Source of the DNA: Macrostomum lignano | Taxonomy: Eukaryota | Reading direction: 5' to 3' | NCBI GenBank assembly: GCA_002269645.1 | Contig: NIVC01000128.1 | Span: 1-64,000, forward strand | Length of the DNA: 64,000 nucleotides | In this document: in pieces, positions 1 through 12,160 of the stretch | How positions within the stretch are numbered: the stretch's first letter is position 1 | How the letters are laid out: every line of letters starts with the position of its first letter | The notes under the pieces: model-generated | What the model was told of the DNA's origin: nothing | The model's input: only the letters and a program-made list of their open reading frames with translations | Database searches by the model: none | Translations under genes and position numbers: made by a program

Positions 1-169
1 ATCCGCAGCATCTGCCAGGCTCAGTGCCTCAATAAGCACCTGTTCAACCTGGGCTACTGGCTGTGCTACCTCAACAGCCCCATCAATCCGTTCTGCTACG
101 CGCTAGCCAATGCGCCAGTTCAAGAAGGCCTTCCTGCGGATCATAAGGCTGGACCTGCGGAGACGATGA
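1..169 (+). CDS. 3' end (TM7 + helix 8) of a muscarinic acetylcholine receptor-like GPCR, B-type/GAR-like; 1-nt frameshift at ~115
   Basis: Frame 1 reads [38 protein letters not shown]. Skipping one C at 115/116 continues [17 protein letters not shown] (TGA 167-169). YWLCY.NSPINP.CYA..N.QFKK is the hallmark of invertebrate B-type mAChRs. Confidence 0.85.
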
Positions 170-984
170 GGCTTCCAACCCCGGCGTTCAAGAGGGATCT
201 CAAGGGCCGAGCAGGGGGTTTGGGGCGGTAGGCCTGCTCAGCATTTCAATCACGGGTGGCAACTCCACCCGCCTTCTCTTCATGCCTCTTCCCTCTCACT
301 GCCTCGCCGCTCTCGCCATGACGTGAAATTTTGGAGGCCAAAGGAATCTCAGAGCGATGGCTGAAGAGAGGGATGGGCGAGTGAGAACGGAGAAGTGCCC
401 CCCACCCCCCCTATGCCACTTTTAAGCATCGGAGAGGCTGGAAGCATCATCACCGCTATTAGACTGAGGCCCGGGCCAGGCGACCCCAAGCCAGTCAGTC
501 AATCCTGCCTTCTGTCTACTGGGATTCAGAATTCGCATTCCCAGCTCAATTCTCGCCATTAGAATCGCACACTTAATCGCAGCAAATTTGCTAAATTTAT
601 TTTCAGATAAATCCTTCACTATTCACAATTTGGAAATAATCTTGGCATCGAAAATTTGTTTTCCATCGAAAACTTTTGAATGCAACTTTTGTCTCATCAA
701 CTGTCTCTGTATCACCCAAAAATTGATGCGTTTTTGGTCTGGAGTCAAAAGCTGCTTGATGAACTGAGTATCCCGTACCTTTAGCATATAAAACTTTCTA
801 CCTGCGCCCATAGCCCCCAAACCATATTGTCCAGTTTCTGAACTTGCACCCTCGACTGGACAAGCACAGTCTGTCTGTGGCGCCCGTTAGAATAAACATT
901 TTTATTGGATTACTATTTACTAAGCTATTTAAGTGCATATTGAGTCTTGCTTGTTGAATTTTTGCCCTTATAGAACCTAAGCGG

Positions 985-1517
985 CAACACCCCAACACCT
1001 CTGTATCTAGCACCACAACACTCCAACACTCAACACCCAACACCCCAACACCCCAACACAAGCCAACACCCAACACCCAACACCCAACACCCCAACACCC
1101 AACACCCCAACACCCCACCCCACCCCAACACCCAACACCCCAACACCCAACACCCCAACACCCCAACACCCCAACACCCAACACCCAACACCCAACACCC
1201 CAACACCCCAACACCCTAACACTCCAGTACCCCAGCAACCCAACACTTCAGCCTCCAACACCCAACACCCCAACACCCCAACATTCAACAAGCCAACACC
1301 CCAACACCCAACACCCAACACCCCAACACCCAACACCCCAACACCCCAACACCCAACACCCCAACACCCAACACCCCAACACCCAACACCCCAACACCCA
1401 ACACCCCAACACCCCAACACCCAACAACCCAACACCCCAACACCCCAACACCCTAACACTCCAGTACCCCAGCAACCCAACACTTCAGCCCCCAACATCC
1501 CAACACCCCAATACCCT
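985..1517. repeat. CA-rich 7-8 bp microsatellite (CCC(C)AACA)n
   Basis: Direct tandem units, with a ~45-bp variant segment duplicated at ~1212 and ~1451. Source of the spurious GVLGCW ORFs. Confidence 0.95.
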
Positions 1518-3807
1518 AAATTAATTGTACACGAATATTCAACAACTGGATTAAATGATAATTCTTCAGTAAAATTGCACAAAAAAGATATTAGGCTACC
1601 TGATATTAACTGAATTTTATTATCAGCATTCCGATATTACGCCAGTGCTGTTCGCGAGACAGCAGCAATACTATTTAAAAAAAGAGGTCACAGAACTTAC
1701 AGAGGCGAAGTTCGTGACTGCATCGCTGTAGTGAGAGAGGAAGGGAGGCAGACATGGATCATGCGAACCCATCAAGGCAGACTCGGGCTAAGCCAAGACT
1801 GCTCAGGGAAGCTGAAAGATTGAGACACAGCTCTGACAAAGAGCCGAGAGAGGACCGGGGCGAAATGGAATACTCACCGAGGTCGGGAGCAGAATTATGA
1901 AAGCTGAGGGACCAGCACTGATGAATTCGCTACCGTCGCCTCAGTGTCTCCCGGCCTACCCTTTTCGCATCTGCCTTTAATCCAATTTCAGAGATTCGGT
2001 GGGGCAAAAGCCAGTCATCCGGATTCCATGTCCTACCGCGTCTCCAGTTCCATCAGGCCTCCCAACCGCAGCCGCTTCCCATCCTGCTCATCCGCTTTTA
2101 TCCCTAATGTGACTGCTCACGCTCAGGTCCGCTTGCGGCGAGAAATTTCAAAGGGAACGAATTTTTCTCCTAGTAACTAAGGGGAGGAGCGTGCTAGACT
2201 GGGGGAGCCTGAGCAACTTTGATCAGTGCCTGCTGCACCCATCCAACTCCTTTGGCCGTCCAGGAAGTTAATGCCGGCCCCGGCCATCTTGGCCGCCGCT
2301 TCTGATAGAACCGGACAGTCAGGCCCCATTCCGCTGATCCCTTGGGCAATAAAAATATCTTTGTTTATTTACATGCGCATAACTGCACTTAATCTTAGCC
2401 AATTATAAACGGCTTGTCGAGTCAATTAAGACTGACATGGACATACACGGCAGGCAGGTAACAGGTGTACTTTATAGAGCTTCATCCTCAGGCCCGCACC
2501 GCACTGCTGTTGGGAATATAGTCCAGGCTAACGGGCCCCAGCCTTACTCACTCTGCCTGCTAATTAACCGCTCGAACTCCCACGGTTCGTCTGTCTGGCT
2601 GTCGGCTCAGTCAAATCAAGTTGAATCCGTGCCAATTGCATGGCTAAGGCTTTTTTGAGAGCCTGTGGCGAACTAATTAACACTCACTTGGCTGTTAACG
2701 GCCTTCAGTATCGCCAGTCTCCATGGACCAATAAAAACCTTTGCAAGCATACTTCTATAGCAGTTTCCTCCCCCATCAGCTTGAGCATAGGCGACCTTGT
2801 CATTGAACTGTCGATCAGCTGCTTTTGAATTCGTTTACAGTGGAGTGAATTCGATTGGTAAAATCAAAGGAATTTTCGATGGCATAATCCTGAAATCTGA
2901 GCTGCAGCCGCCTCCAGCCAAATTTGCGAGAGCTGCGTGCTTCTGCTGTACATGTAGCGGTCCATGACAGCGGTCCATTCACATTACCTTGGATAAGCAC
3001 CGCGTACATGACTGCGAATATTGACCAGGGAAATCTGGTCCTCTGCGACTGTGGTGCCCGCCTCGAGATTCCCAGCCCAGGTGCAGCAGGCTTGGCAACT
3101 GCTATCGCCGTAGCAATTCCCACACAATTCCCCCAGTTCGATCTGGGACGAGCTGCTGGCCCAGCACTGCAGCGCTCAGCTTCCCCCCATCCACATCTCT
3201 CTCACTCAATCAATCAGTGACACGCTCGAATCGATAAGCCAGCTACGGATCAGGCAGCTCGGGAGCGGGGGAGCTTTCAGCCGCCAGCTCCCCCTACCCC
3301 AGCCGAAAATCTCTTGAGCCCCCGGCCCGTTCCGAGTAGCTGCAGCAGCTGCAGCATTAATGAATAGCCACAGCAATATAGTCGGCCGCCGATACGGCAA
3401 TGATAAGAGTAACCAGACTTTCCCATTAAGACTGACAGGGGGATGGGAATAGACGGAACCCGGGCATTAATCAAAATTCACTGCCTACCAGTTTTAATAA
3501 TTTCAAAGGTTAGAAATTCCAATTAAGGGTTTACTTGGATGTTTGAAGATAAGTCAGTAGCGAATTCTCTTTAACATCCTAATTAATTATTTCAACAGAA
3601 GAAGCCACAAGCAGACAGCCAAAAGAAGCTCTGTCTCAAAAAGAATTTGTGAGGCTGATAATGGAAAATGCGGATTCTAAAAGGCAAATAGCAATCCTAT
3701 TTAATATGAGCGCATCAAGGCCTTCTCGTTTACCCGATGCTTAATGTTGAGCCAAAACACATTATAAAGGCCAAAATTCACCAAAATTAAAAAAAATCAA
3801 AAGGGGG

Positions 3808-3982
3808 TAACACACTAATTCCACTGTAACACACACTACATGTAATTCCACTGTAACACTCCCTAATTCCACAGTAACACACACACTACATGTAATTCCA
3901 CTGTAACACTCCCTAATTCCACAGTAACACACACACTACATGTAATTCCACTGTAACACTCCCTAATTCCACTGTAACACAC
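3808..3982. repeat. 50-bp minisatellite, ~3 copies
   Basis: acacactaca recurs at 3831, 3881 and 3931. Confidence 0.85.
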
Positions 3983-4377
3983 TGCGATTACACTTTGACT
4001 ACTATTTCTAATGCTCTTGGGTTACCTTGCTGCATAAAAAATCAATATCGAGCTGTAAACTATTGCTTGACGACAGTTTAGTAACGATTTGTCAATACTT
4101 ACAAAGTTTAACGATTTAAAATGAAATACATTCATTGGGATACATTATATTTTGCGTACCTATTAATTTCTAATTAGTTCATTTTTATACTTCATACTAA
4201 TTCTCGACCATTTTAATAAACAAAAACGTAAGGTTGAGGCACTATGTACTATAAGCAAAATAATTCGATATACGCTAGATACAGGCAATACTACTGCTCC
4301 CACGAATGTGAGTAGTAGGTGAAGTAAACTTTTTACACGAATTTTCTTTTTTTAAAACACCAAAGACATCACAAAGA

Positions 4378-5758
4378 CATCAAAGACACAGCCGCCAATG
4401 ATGTGCAGACATCAAAGACACAGCCGCCAATGATGTGCAGACATCAAAGACACAGCCGCCAATGATGTGCAGACATCAAAGACACAGCCGCCAATGATGT
4501 GCAGACATCAAAGACACAGCCCCCAATGATGTGCAGACATCAAAGACACAGCCGCCAATGATGTGCAGACATCAAAGACACAGCCGCCAATGATGTGCAG
4601 ACATCAAAGACACAGCCGCCAATGATGTGCAGACATCAAAGACACAGCCGCCAATGATGTGCAGACATCAAAGACACAGCCGCCAATGATGTGCAGACAT
4701 CAAAGACACAGCCGCCAATGATGTGCAGACATCAAAGACACAGCCGCCAATGATGTGCAGACATCAAAGACACAGCCGCCAATGATGTGCAGACATCAAA
4801 GACACAGCCGCCAATGATGTGCAGACATCAAAGACACAGCCGCCAATGATGTGCAGACATCAAAGACACAGCCGCCAATGATGTGCAGACATCAAAGACA
4901 CAGCCGCCAATGATGTGCAGACATCAAAGACACAGCCGCCAATGATGTGCAGACATCAAAGACACAGCCGCCAATGATGTGCAGACATCAAAGACACAGC
5001 CGCCAATGATGTGCAGACATCAAAGACACAGCCGCCAATGATGTGCAGACATCAAAGACACAGCCGCCAATGATGTGCAGACATCAAAGACACAGCCCCA
5101 ATGATGTGCAGACATCAAAGACACAGCCCCCAATGATGTGCAGACATCAAAGACACAGCCGCCAATGATGTGCAGACATCAAAGACACAGCCCCAATGAT
5201 GTGCAGACATCAAAGACACAGCCGCCAATGATGTGCAGACATCAAAGACACAGCCGCCAATGATGTGCAGACATCAAAGACACAGCCGCCAATGATGTGC
5301 AGACATCAAAGACACAGCCGCCAATGATGTGCAGACATCAAAGACACAGCCGCCAATGATGTGCAGACATCAAAGACACAGCCGCCAATGATGTGCAGAC
5401 ATCAAAGACACAGCCGCCAATGATGTGCAGACATCAAAGACACAGCCGCCAATGATGTGCAGACATCAAAGACACAGCCGCCAATGATGTGCAGACATCA
5501 AAGACACAGCCGCCAATGATGTGCAGACATCAAAGACACAGCCGCCAATGATGTGCAGACATCAAAGACACAGCCGCCAATGATGTGCAGACATCAAAGA
5601 CACAGCCGCCAATGATGTGCAGACATCAAAGACACAGCCCCAATGATGTGCAGACATCAAAGACACAGCCCCCAATGATGTGCAGACATCAAAGACACAG
5701 CCGCCAATGATGTGCAGACATCAAAGACACAGCCCCAATGATGTGCAGACATCAAAGA
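4378..5758. repeat. 32-bp minisatellite GACATCAAAGACACAGCCGCCAATGATGTGCA, ~43 near-identical copies
   Basis: Period of 32 read directly. Only rare gccccc/gcccc variants. Confidence 0.97.
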
Positions 5759-5911
5759 CGATACCCCTACAATTCAGACATGAGGAAATGTCGCCAGCTA
5801 TAAACAGCAGGAGCTGCCCTTTTATGATGCAAATTTAGGTAAACATCGCAAACAGGACAGAGAACTAGCACGCGTGCAAGACATTTATGGCTACTCGGTA
5901 AAAAACTAAAA

Positions 5912-7192
5912 TTAGTTCTTAGAAGCGGGCGATCGCTCTCGCTTGACAGTCTCTGTCGGCGGCAGCCAGGGCTCGGCAACTACAAAGCTCGGCGGCGGGT
6001 TGCTGTTCTTGTCGTAGTAGCTCATGAGCCGGCCGTCCGTGTACCCGTAGCTGTAGGGCGCGTGCGGCCGCACATTTTTGTGCGCCTCCACCCACTTGGC
6101 GAATGCCGCCTCCGACTTCCGCTTCACCTCCAGCTTGTGCGCCTCCGCCGCCTCCGCCTCCTGCTTGGCCTTCTGCAGCTCGGCTCGGCGCTTCTCTTCG
6201 TAGGCGCTGCGCCACTTGGCGAACTCCACCTTGGCCTTGGCCTTGATCGCCTCCTTCTCCTTCTCCTTCTCTTCCGCCTTCGCCTCCTCTTCCGCCTTTT
6301 TCCGCTGTTCCTCCTCGTGCTGCTGCTGCTGCTGCTGCCGCTTCTTGGCCAGCCAGCGCTTGATGGCCGCATCAACGGCGGCCTTCTTGGACGCCTTCTC
6401 CGCCTTGGCCTTCTCCTGCTGCTCTGCCTCTCGACGGCGCTGCTCTCGAAGCCGGCGCTCCTTTGCCAGGAACCAGGCCTCCCAGGTGCGTTCGCGAGTG
6501 CCGCCTGCATTGACGGAAGCCGCAGCCGAGGCGGAGGCGGCGGCTGAGACAGTCGATGACGCAGCCGCGCCCGAGGCGGAGCTGCGCCGATCCTCGGAGT
6601 CCGCCGTCGAAGCCGACGCGACTCGACGCCGCTGTCGAGGCGGCTGCTTTCGCGACGAGGCCGCCGATGCCGCCGATGCCGTCGTAGTGACGGACCGGTT
6701 GGAGGCTGGAGGCGACAAGTTCCGGCGCGCCACCTTCCGTCTGGTGGAGGCGGTGGCGATTTCGTCAGTGCTTCCCCCGTTGAGCCGCTGCGCCACCTCC
6801 TGCGGCCGGACAGCCTCGTCGGGCAGCGCCGGCTTCAGCCGCGGCCGTCCGGACATCCTTGCCATCGCCGTCGCCGCTGCCGGTCTGTCGCCTTCGCCGT
6901 CACTTGCCGCAGCAGCAGCCGCCACTGCCGCCGGTTCTTCGGAGTCTGTAGACAACTCGTCCTCATCGAAGCTGTCGTGATACAGAATGGAGGTCAGCGA
7001 CTCCGTAGATGTCCGGCTGCCTTCGCGGCGGGCGTCCCGCCCGCGGCCGCCTCCTCCTCCGCCAGCGCCAGCGTCCAGCTGAGCCATGAGGTCCTCCAGG
7101 GTGGCGCTGGGCCCGAGGATGTCGCCCCAGCCGAAGGTGTACGCGTCCGGGTAGAAGGTGCCAGTGATGGGCTTGGGCCGGGTGGTGGCCAT
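5912..7192 (-). CDS. CCDC34: Coiled-coil domain-containing protein 34 homolog (DUF4207), single coding exon, 426 aa
   Basis: Contains WEAWFLAKE and C-terminal AFAKWVEAHKNVRPHAPYSYGYTDGRLMSYYDKNSNPPPSFVVAEPWLP, matching CCDC34 (WEVWFIGKE; SYGYANGKLTGFY...PEPAFYNPIPWKP). ATG at 7192 lies just 3' of a ctccgcag acceptor-like site. Confidence 0.88.
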   Translation of the reverse strand: MATTRPKPITGTFYPDAYTFGWGDILGPSATLEDLMAQLDAGAGGGGGGRGRDARREGSRTSTESLTSILYHDSFDEDELSTDSEEPAAVAAAAAASDGEGDRPAAATAMARMSGRPRLKPALPDEAVRPQEVAQRLNGGSTDEIATASTRRKVARRNLSPPASNRSVTTTASAASAASSRKQPPRQRRRVASASTADSEDRRSSASGAAASSTVSAAASASAAASVNAGGTRERTWEAWFLAKERRLREQRRREAEQQEKAKAEKASKKAAVDAAIKRWLAKKRQQQQQQHEEEQRKKAEEEAKAEEKEKEKEAIKAKAKVEFAKWRSAYEEKRRAELQKAKQEAEAAEAHKLEVKRKSEAAFAKWVEAHKNVRPHAPYSYGYTDGRLMSYYDKNSNPPPSFVVAEPWLPPTETVKRERSPASKN

Positions 7193-7659
7193 CTTGCCAG
7201 GGGCTGCGGAGCGGTCGAGATGCAAGTTTTTTTGGCATGGAACTTCATTAAAGCGCCTAATAATATGTCCTGTAAATAGACTTTTGGAAAACCATTTTAC
7301 TAGCAAAACTCGCTTCTAACTACTCTTTAGCATCGACTACTCTTGTGAATAAATTAACTAAGCTTGACGAAATAACGAAGTATTTAAAAATTATTAAAGT
7401 AAAAACAAAACTACCAATATGGGAAGAATGTACTATTAATAAATAAACATTTCGGAATTCGAGCAAAAAATATAAACACAAAGTTAAGGAGGAGCAAGCA
7501 GTACTTCGAAATATTTTAACAAAATTCACTTAATTCTGTTTGAACGGTTAAAAATGTTTTAAACTGCTCAAGAAGAAGGGCGACGTTGCATCTCTGAAGT
7601 TTGAAAATCTTTCAATTCATTTGCAACGCTTACAAAAAGTACTTTCATTAAAAATGGAC

Positions 7660-7840
7660 GGAAACTTCGTCACGTGACGCATTCCGACAATGCTATTGGC
7701 TAAGGAAACTTCGTCACGTGACGCATTCTGACATGCTATTGGCTAAGGAAACTTCGTCACGTGACGCATCCCGACAATGCGATTGGCTACGGAAACTTCG
7801 TCACGTGACGCATCCCGACAATGCGATTGGCTAGGGAAAC
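7660..7840. promoter_or_regulatory. 4 x 43-44 bp unit, each with palindromic CGTCACGTGACG (E-box/CLEAR-type) and ATTGG (CCAAT box)
   Basis: Units start at 7660, 7704, 7747 and 7791, about 470-650 bp upstream of the CCDC34 ATG. The repeat is certain; the regulatory role is inferred. Confidence 0.5.
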
Positions 7841-8274
7841 TGAGACCTGCAATGCAACTCACAATATTTGGGTGTGCAGGCGACCTTCAACTTGAGCAGC
7901 TCGTAAGTCCGTCAGAGAATTGGAAATCGCAGTTATTAAAAAATGATATTTTATCACAGATAACACGCATATAATAAACACGGACTTTATCTCTGATTGG
8001 ACTCAAACTTGAGTCAACTTGTAATCTGGGTGAGCAGTTAGCCATTTCGATAAATTTAGAAAACTGCAAATGTAGAGAAAGTTGATACAAATATCAAAAT
8101 AACTTTTCTTAAACAAGAGCGCTTACATACTACTGTTAGTACCATAAAATAGTAGCAGTCATATTTGAGTATATCCTGGAAAATCGTGATTTGCACAACA
8201 GGATTTCAATGTGTCAAAAATCCTATATTTAATATGCGCTCTGTGTTGTATTGTAAAATCAACATCCCAGCATC

Positions 8275-11200
8275 TCAGATGAGGACAACCATCTTGCGTA
8301 TCTGGGCGATGTCTTTGCGGAGCGACTCTTCCAGCAGTTTGATCTTGCCCTCCGTCACTGAGCGCATGCTGCTCACAGTCTCGTGCACTGTTGAGAAGCC
8401 TTCGCGCAGCTCCCGCTTGAGCTTCACCAGCTCTGAGTTCTGAGCTCGGTAGAAGCTGTCGTAGAACTGCTGCACTTTGGACTCCAGCTCCTGCGGGTGG
8501 GCGGTTCGGAATTGCTGCTGGGATCTGCTTTTTAACTTGTCAATTGTTGAATAAAATTCTTCAGTTGTAAACTGAATCTGGAGAATAGTGTGCTAGTTTA
8601 TCGGGGAATCACGGGAAGTTTATTAGAGAATGACAGGTAGTTTATTAGAAAGTGACCAGTAGTTTATTAGGAAATGACGGGTAGTTTATTGGGAAATGAC
8701 GGGTAGTTTATTGGGAAATGACGGGTAGTTTATAGCTGAATGATGGTTAGTTTATTGGAGAATGATGGGTAGTTTATTGTTGAATAACGGGTAGTTTATA
8801 GGAGAATGACAGTTAGTTTATAAGAGAATGACGGGTAGTTTATATCTGAATGACGGGTAGTTTATTGGAGAATGACGGGTAGTTTATTGTTGAATAACGG
8901 GTAGTTTATAGGAGAATGACCGTTAGTTTATTGGAGAATGACGGGTAGTTTATATCTGAATGACGGGTAGTTTATTGGAGAATGACGAGTAGTTTATTGT
9001 TGAATAACGGGTAGTTTATAGGAGAATGACCGTTAGTTTATTGGAGAATGACGGGTAGTTTATTGTTGAATAACGGGTAGTTTATAGGAGAATGACCGTT
9101 AGTTTATTGGAGAATGACGGGTAGTTTATTAGAGAATGACGGGTAGTTTATTGGAGAATGACGGGTAGTTTATAGCTGAATGACGGTTAGTTTATTTGTG
9201 AATCACGACTGGTTTATTGCGGAATGATGGGTTAAAGGAGAATAAAAATTAGCTCAAGGGAGATGACCAGTAGTCATGAGAGAATTACATGGAGTTGATA
9301 GGGAATCACAACTAGCTTATGGTGAATGACTGAAGGTTTATGGGGGAATCGCGACTTGTGAATGGGGAAGTCCACCCAGTGCACAGTGAAGACAGCAGTC
9401 CCGTGCATCACCTGATGTGCCCTGGCGGTGGTGCTCTTGTGCTTCTGATGGTCCTCCTCCAGCGCTGCCAGTCGGGCAAACATGCTCTTCTCGAAGTCCA
9501 GGTGATCGGCCTCGATCTTATCCTGCAAAATTTGAATTTAATGCGGCAAATTCAAACAAAATCAGCTCGAATGAGTCAGCAATAAATTAATATCTGTGAA
9601 TGGCACGGGCTCAGGTCAAGGACTACTGTAGTATAGCAGGACGCTAAACTCAAAGATCTTGTAATTTTTAGGAGGCAAAAGTACAAAAATAAAGTACAAA
9701 AATACTTGATTCAAGAAGCAAAAAAAACAATTTTTTTTCACTCGTGAGTAATTAAAACCTTGGCTTGGGACTATGAAATAAACAGAAAGCAATATGAAAA
9801 TGAAACTTTCACTACACAGCTACGCGTATATAAACTACTGCAAAGTAACATGTTTTGCATGCTATATTAAATAAATGGTAATCTTCACTGCCCCAGATCA
9901 AATACACACAGAGATTTTCTGATGAAAGAATCATTCTTTCCTATCTTCGCAGTGTATTTTTCCAGGAAATCGGCCTCCAATACAGTACACAATCTTTGAG
10001 TTTTAACGTCCTGCTATACTACATTTCCAGGAAATCGGCCTCCAAGGAAGTACATAATCTTGAGTTTTAACGTCCTGCTATACTACATTTCCAGGAAATC
10101 GGCCTCCAATAAAGTACACGATCTTTGAGTTTTAACTTGCTGCTATACTACATTTCCAGGAAATCGGCCTCCAATAAAGTACACAATCTTTGAGTTTCAC
10201 GTCCTGCTATAATACATTTCCAGGAAATCGGCCTCCAATAAAGTACACGATCTTTGAGTTTCACGTCCTGATATACTAAATTTCCAGGAAATCGGTCTCC
10301 AATGAAGTACACAATCTTTGAGTTTCACGTCCTGATATACTACAGAGGTCCTTGTGACATGCCCAGCACTGACCATCCGAGCATCTCGGGCAGCGATGTG
10401 CTTGTCCAGGTAGGCGTACACGCGGGTCTCCAGCTTCTCAACTTCGGCATTCACGTGCTTGCTGAGGTTCTCCAGCTGGTGAGTCAGTTCGGCGATCACC
10501 TGGCGAGTCTTCACGTCCAGCTGGCTGATATTCTTGCTGCTGGTCTCTTCGGAGGCTTTGACCTGCATGGTGTTCTCCATGCCGACTCGCTCCATGAAGC
10601 TGTGCAGCTCAGCCATGCTGCGCTCCATCTGCGCCAGCCGGTCCTTCAGCCGCTGATGCTCCTCGTTTTCGCTCTGCGACAGCATCCTGACGGTCTCGCC
10701 GTTCTGCTTCAGGTCGGCCGCCAGCTTGCCGATTGAGGCGTCGCAGCGGGCGACTCGGCCGCGCAGATCCGTGATGCCGGCCACGTGGTGCGTCTCCAGG
10801 GTTTTAAGCGCCGTGCTTTGGCCCGTGATGCCCTGGTCGCGTTGCTTGATCTCGTCTTCCAGGTGCTAAATTGAGGGAGTCATTGGTGGAGCGGGCGTCT
10901 TTTTACGACTGCCAAACGCAAACTTATAGTTTTGACCCAGAACCACGTGACCATAGTGGACAACAGTAAACTTTTGTGTTGAAACAATGAGAGTAATAAT
11001 TTGAAAGTTTAAAGTAGAGCACCACGCCCAAGAATGAAAAAGTAAGCAGATTAAGCAGATATACTATCAACACGTTAAGTTCCTGCGAGTTCTGTTATCA
11101 GAAAGACAAGATAACAACAGAAATCAGACTTTATACTCTATTCAAAAACACATACTCGTAGTGTGCGGAGAAAAGAGAAAAAATATTCCTTTTGTTTCAT

Positions 11201-12160
11201 GCAAAATTATTTCGTTTCACAACAATGCTGTCGTGCTTCATAGTTCCTTAAAATATTAAAGAATGATGCACATGCGATATGGAGGGAATCACTATTCAAG
11301 TTTGAAAATTTGCTCGAGAACTGGTTTTAGATCATTTATAAGCGAGCAATTGTGAATTTCAAAAGCGACATTTCTATTTTTAGATTGCAAAAAAGCGACT
11401 CATAGCACCTGTTTCTATTTTTAGATTGCACAAAAGTGACTCATAGCACCTGTTCCTATTTTTGGAAAGAACTATAACAGAAAACAGTGCTCGATAGTAT
11501 CTTACGAGCTAAATTAACCGATTAAGCGACAAAAGACAAGAAAACTGACAGAAAAATAAACTGGACACAAAGCCCGTTAACCCATACAAATTTTTCCACT
11601 GAAGCCTGACTTTCTACAACATCAACTTTGCTGTGCTATTGAACTGCGAGCGTATCAGCTCGAGAATTACCTTGTAATCGCGGTTCTGGTCTGAAAGGAT
11701 TGTTTTTAGCATAGGCATTAGAAAGTTTAAAAGCTTTCCATGTTAGTACTGAAGTTAGTATATTGTTAAGTTATAAAAAATTATTGATTTTTCATACAAA
11801 ACCTTGTTAATGCCAACTAAGGCAAACCTTTACCTTGATATCCTTGCCCATCTGTTTGACAACCGCAGTGACAGTTTTTATGTGATCCTGCAGCAACTCT
11901 CGAGCGTCCTTCTCCTCCTGCCAAGTGCCGTGCGTGTAGGTCATGTTCTCCATGATTTCCGACTTCATTTTCACCGACTTCTCCAGCAGGCTACGCAGCG
12001 AACTCTCAGCCTGCACCAGGCGGGCCTCCAGATCCTCCAGGCGGTTGCCGCCGCCGCCGCCGCCGCCAGCGTAGCGCACCGTTGGCTGGTAAGAGTCGTC
12101 GTAAGTTGTGCGCAGATGCGGCAGAATGCCGCCGCGAGACTGAGACCTGGGCGACGTCAT
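8275..12160 (-). CDS. FAM81: FAM81 family coiled-coil protein, 4 coding exons, 381 aa
   Basis: Exons 12160-11834, 10865-10374, 9522-9412 and 8490-8275, all GT-AG and phase 0. Contains [27 protein letters not shown] and ELREGFSTVHETVSSMRSVTEGKIKL, matching FAM81A motifs ([35 protein letters not shown]). Confidence 0.92.
8620..9240. repeat. ~22-bp minisatellite GGGTAGTTTATTGGAGAATGAC in FAM81 intron 3
   Basis: About 28 degenerate tandem copies. Confidence 0.92.
9617..10354. mobile_element. Non-autonomous TIR element (MITE-like), copy 1, in FAM81 intron 2
   Basis: Left end CAAGGACTACTGTAGTATAGCAGGACG and right end CGTCCTGATATACTACAGAGGTCCTTG form ~60-bp imperfect TIRs. The interior is homologous to 18101-18672. 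No clear TSD. Confidence 0.75.
9958..10345. repeat. 64-65 bp tandem repeat x6 derived from the right subterminal/TIR segment of the MITE
   Basis: The tccaggaaatcggcc unit starts near 9961, 10026, 10090, 10155, 10219 and 10283. Confidence 0.9.

Noticed and set aside
1700-3480. Possible minus-strand exons (donors near 1877 and 2986; hydrophobic WSIFAVMYAVLIQG)
   Set aside because: No consistent spliced ORF could be built; the candidate exon ending at 1878 has stops in all frames. Possibly UTR or regulatory DNA.
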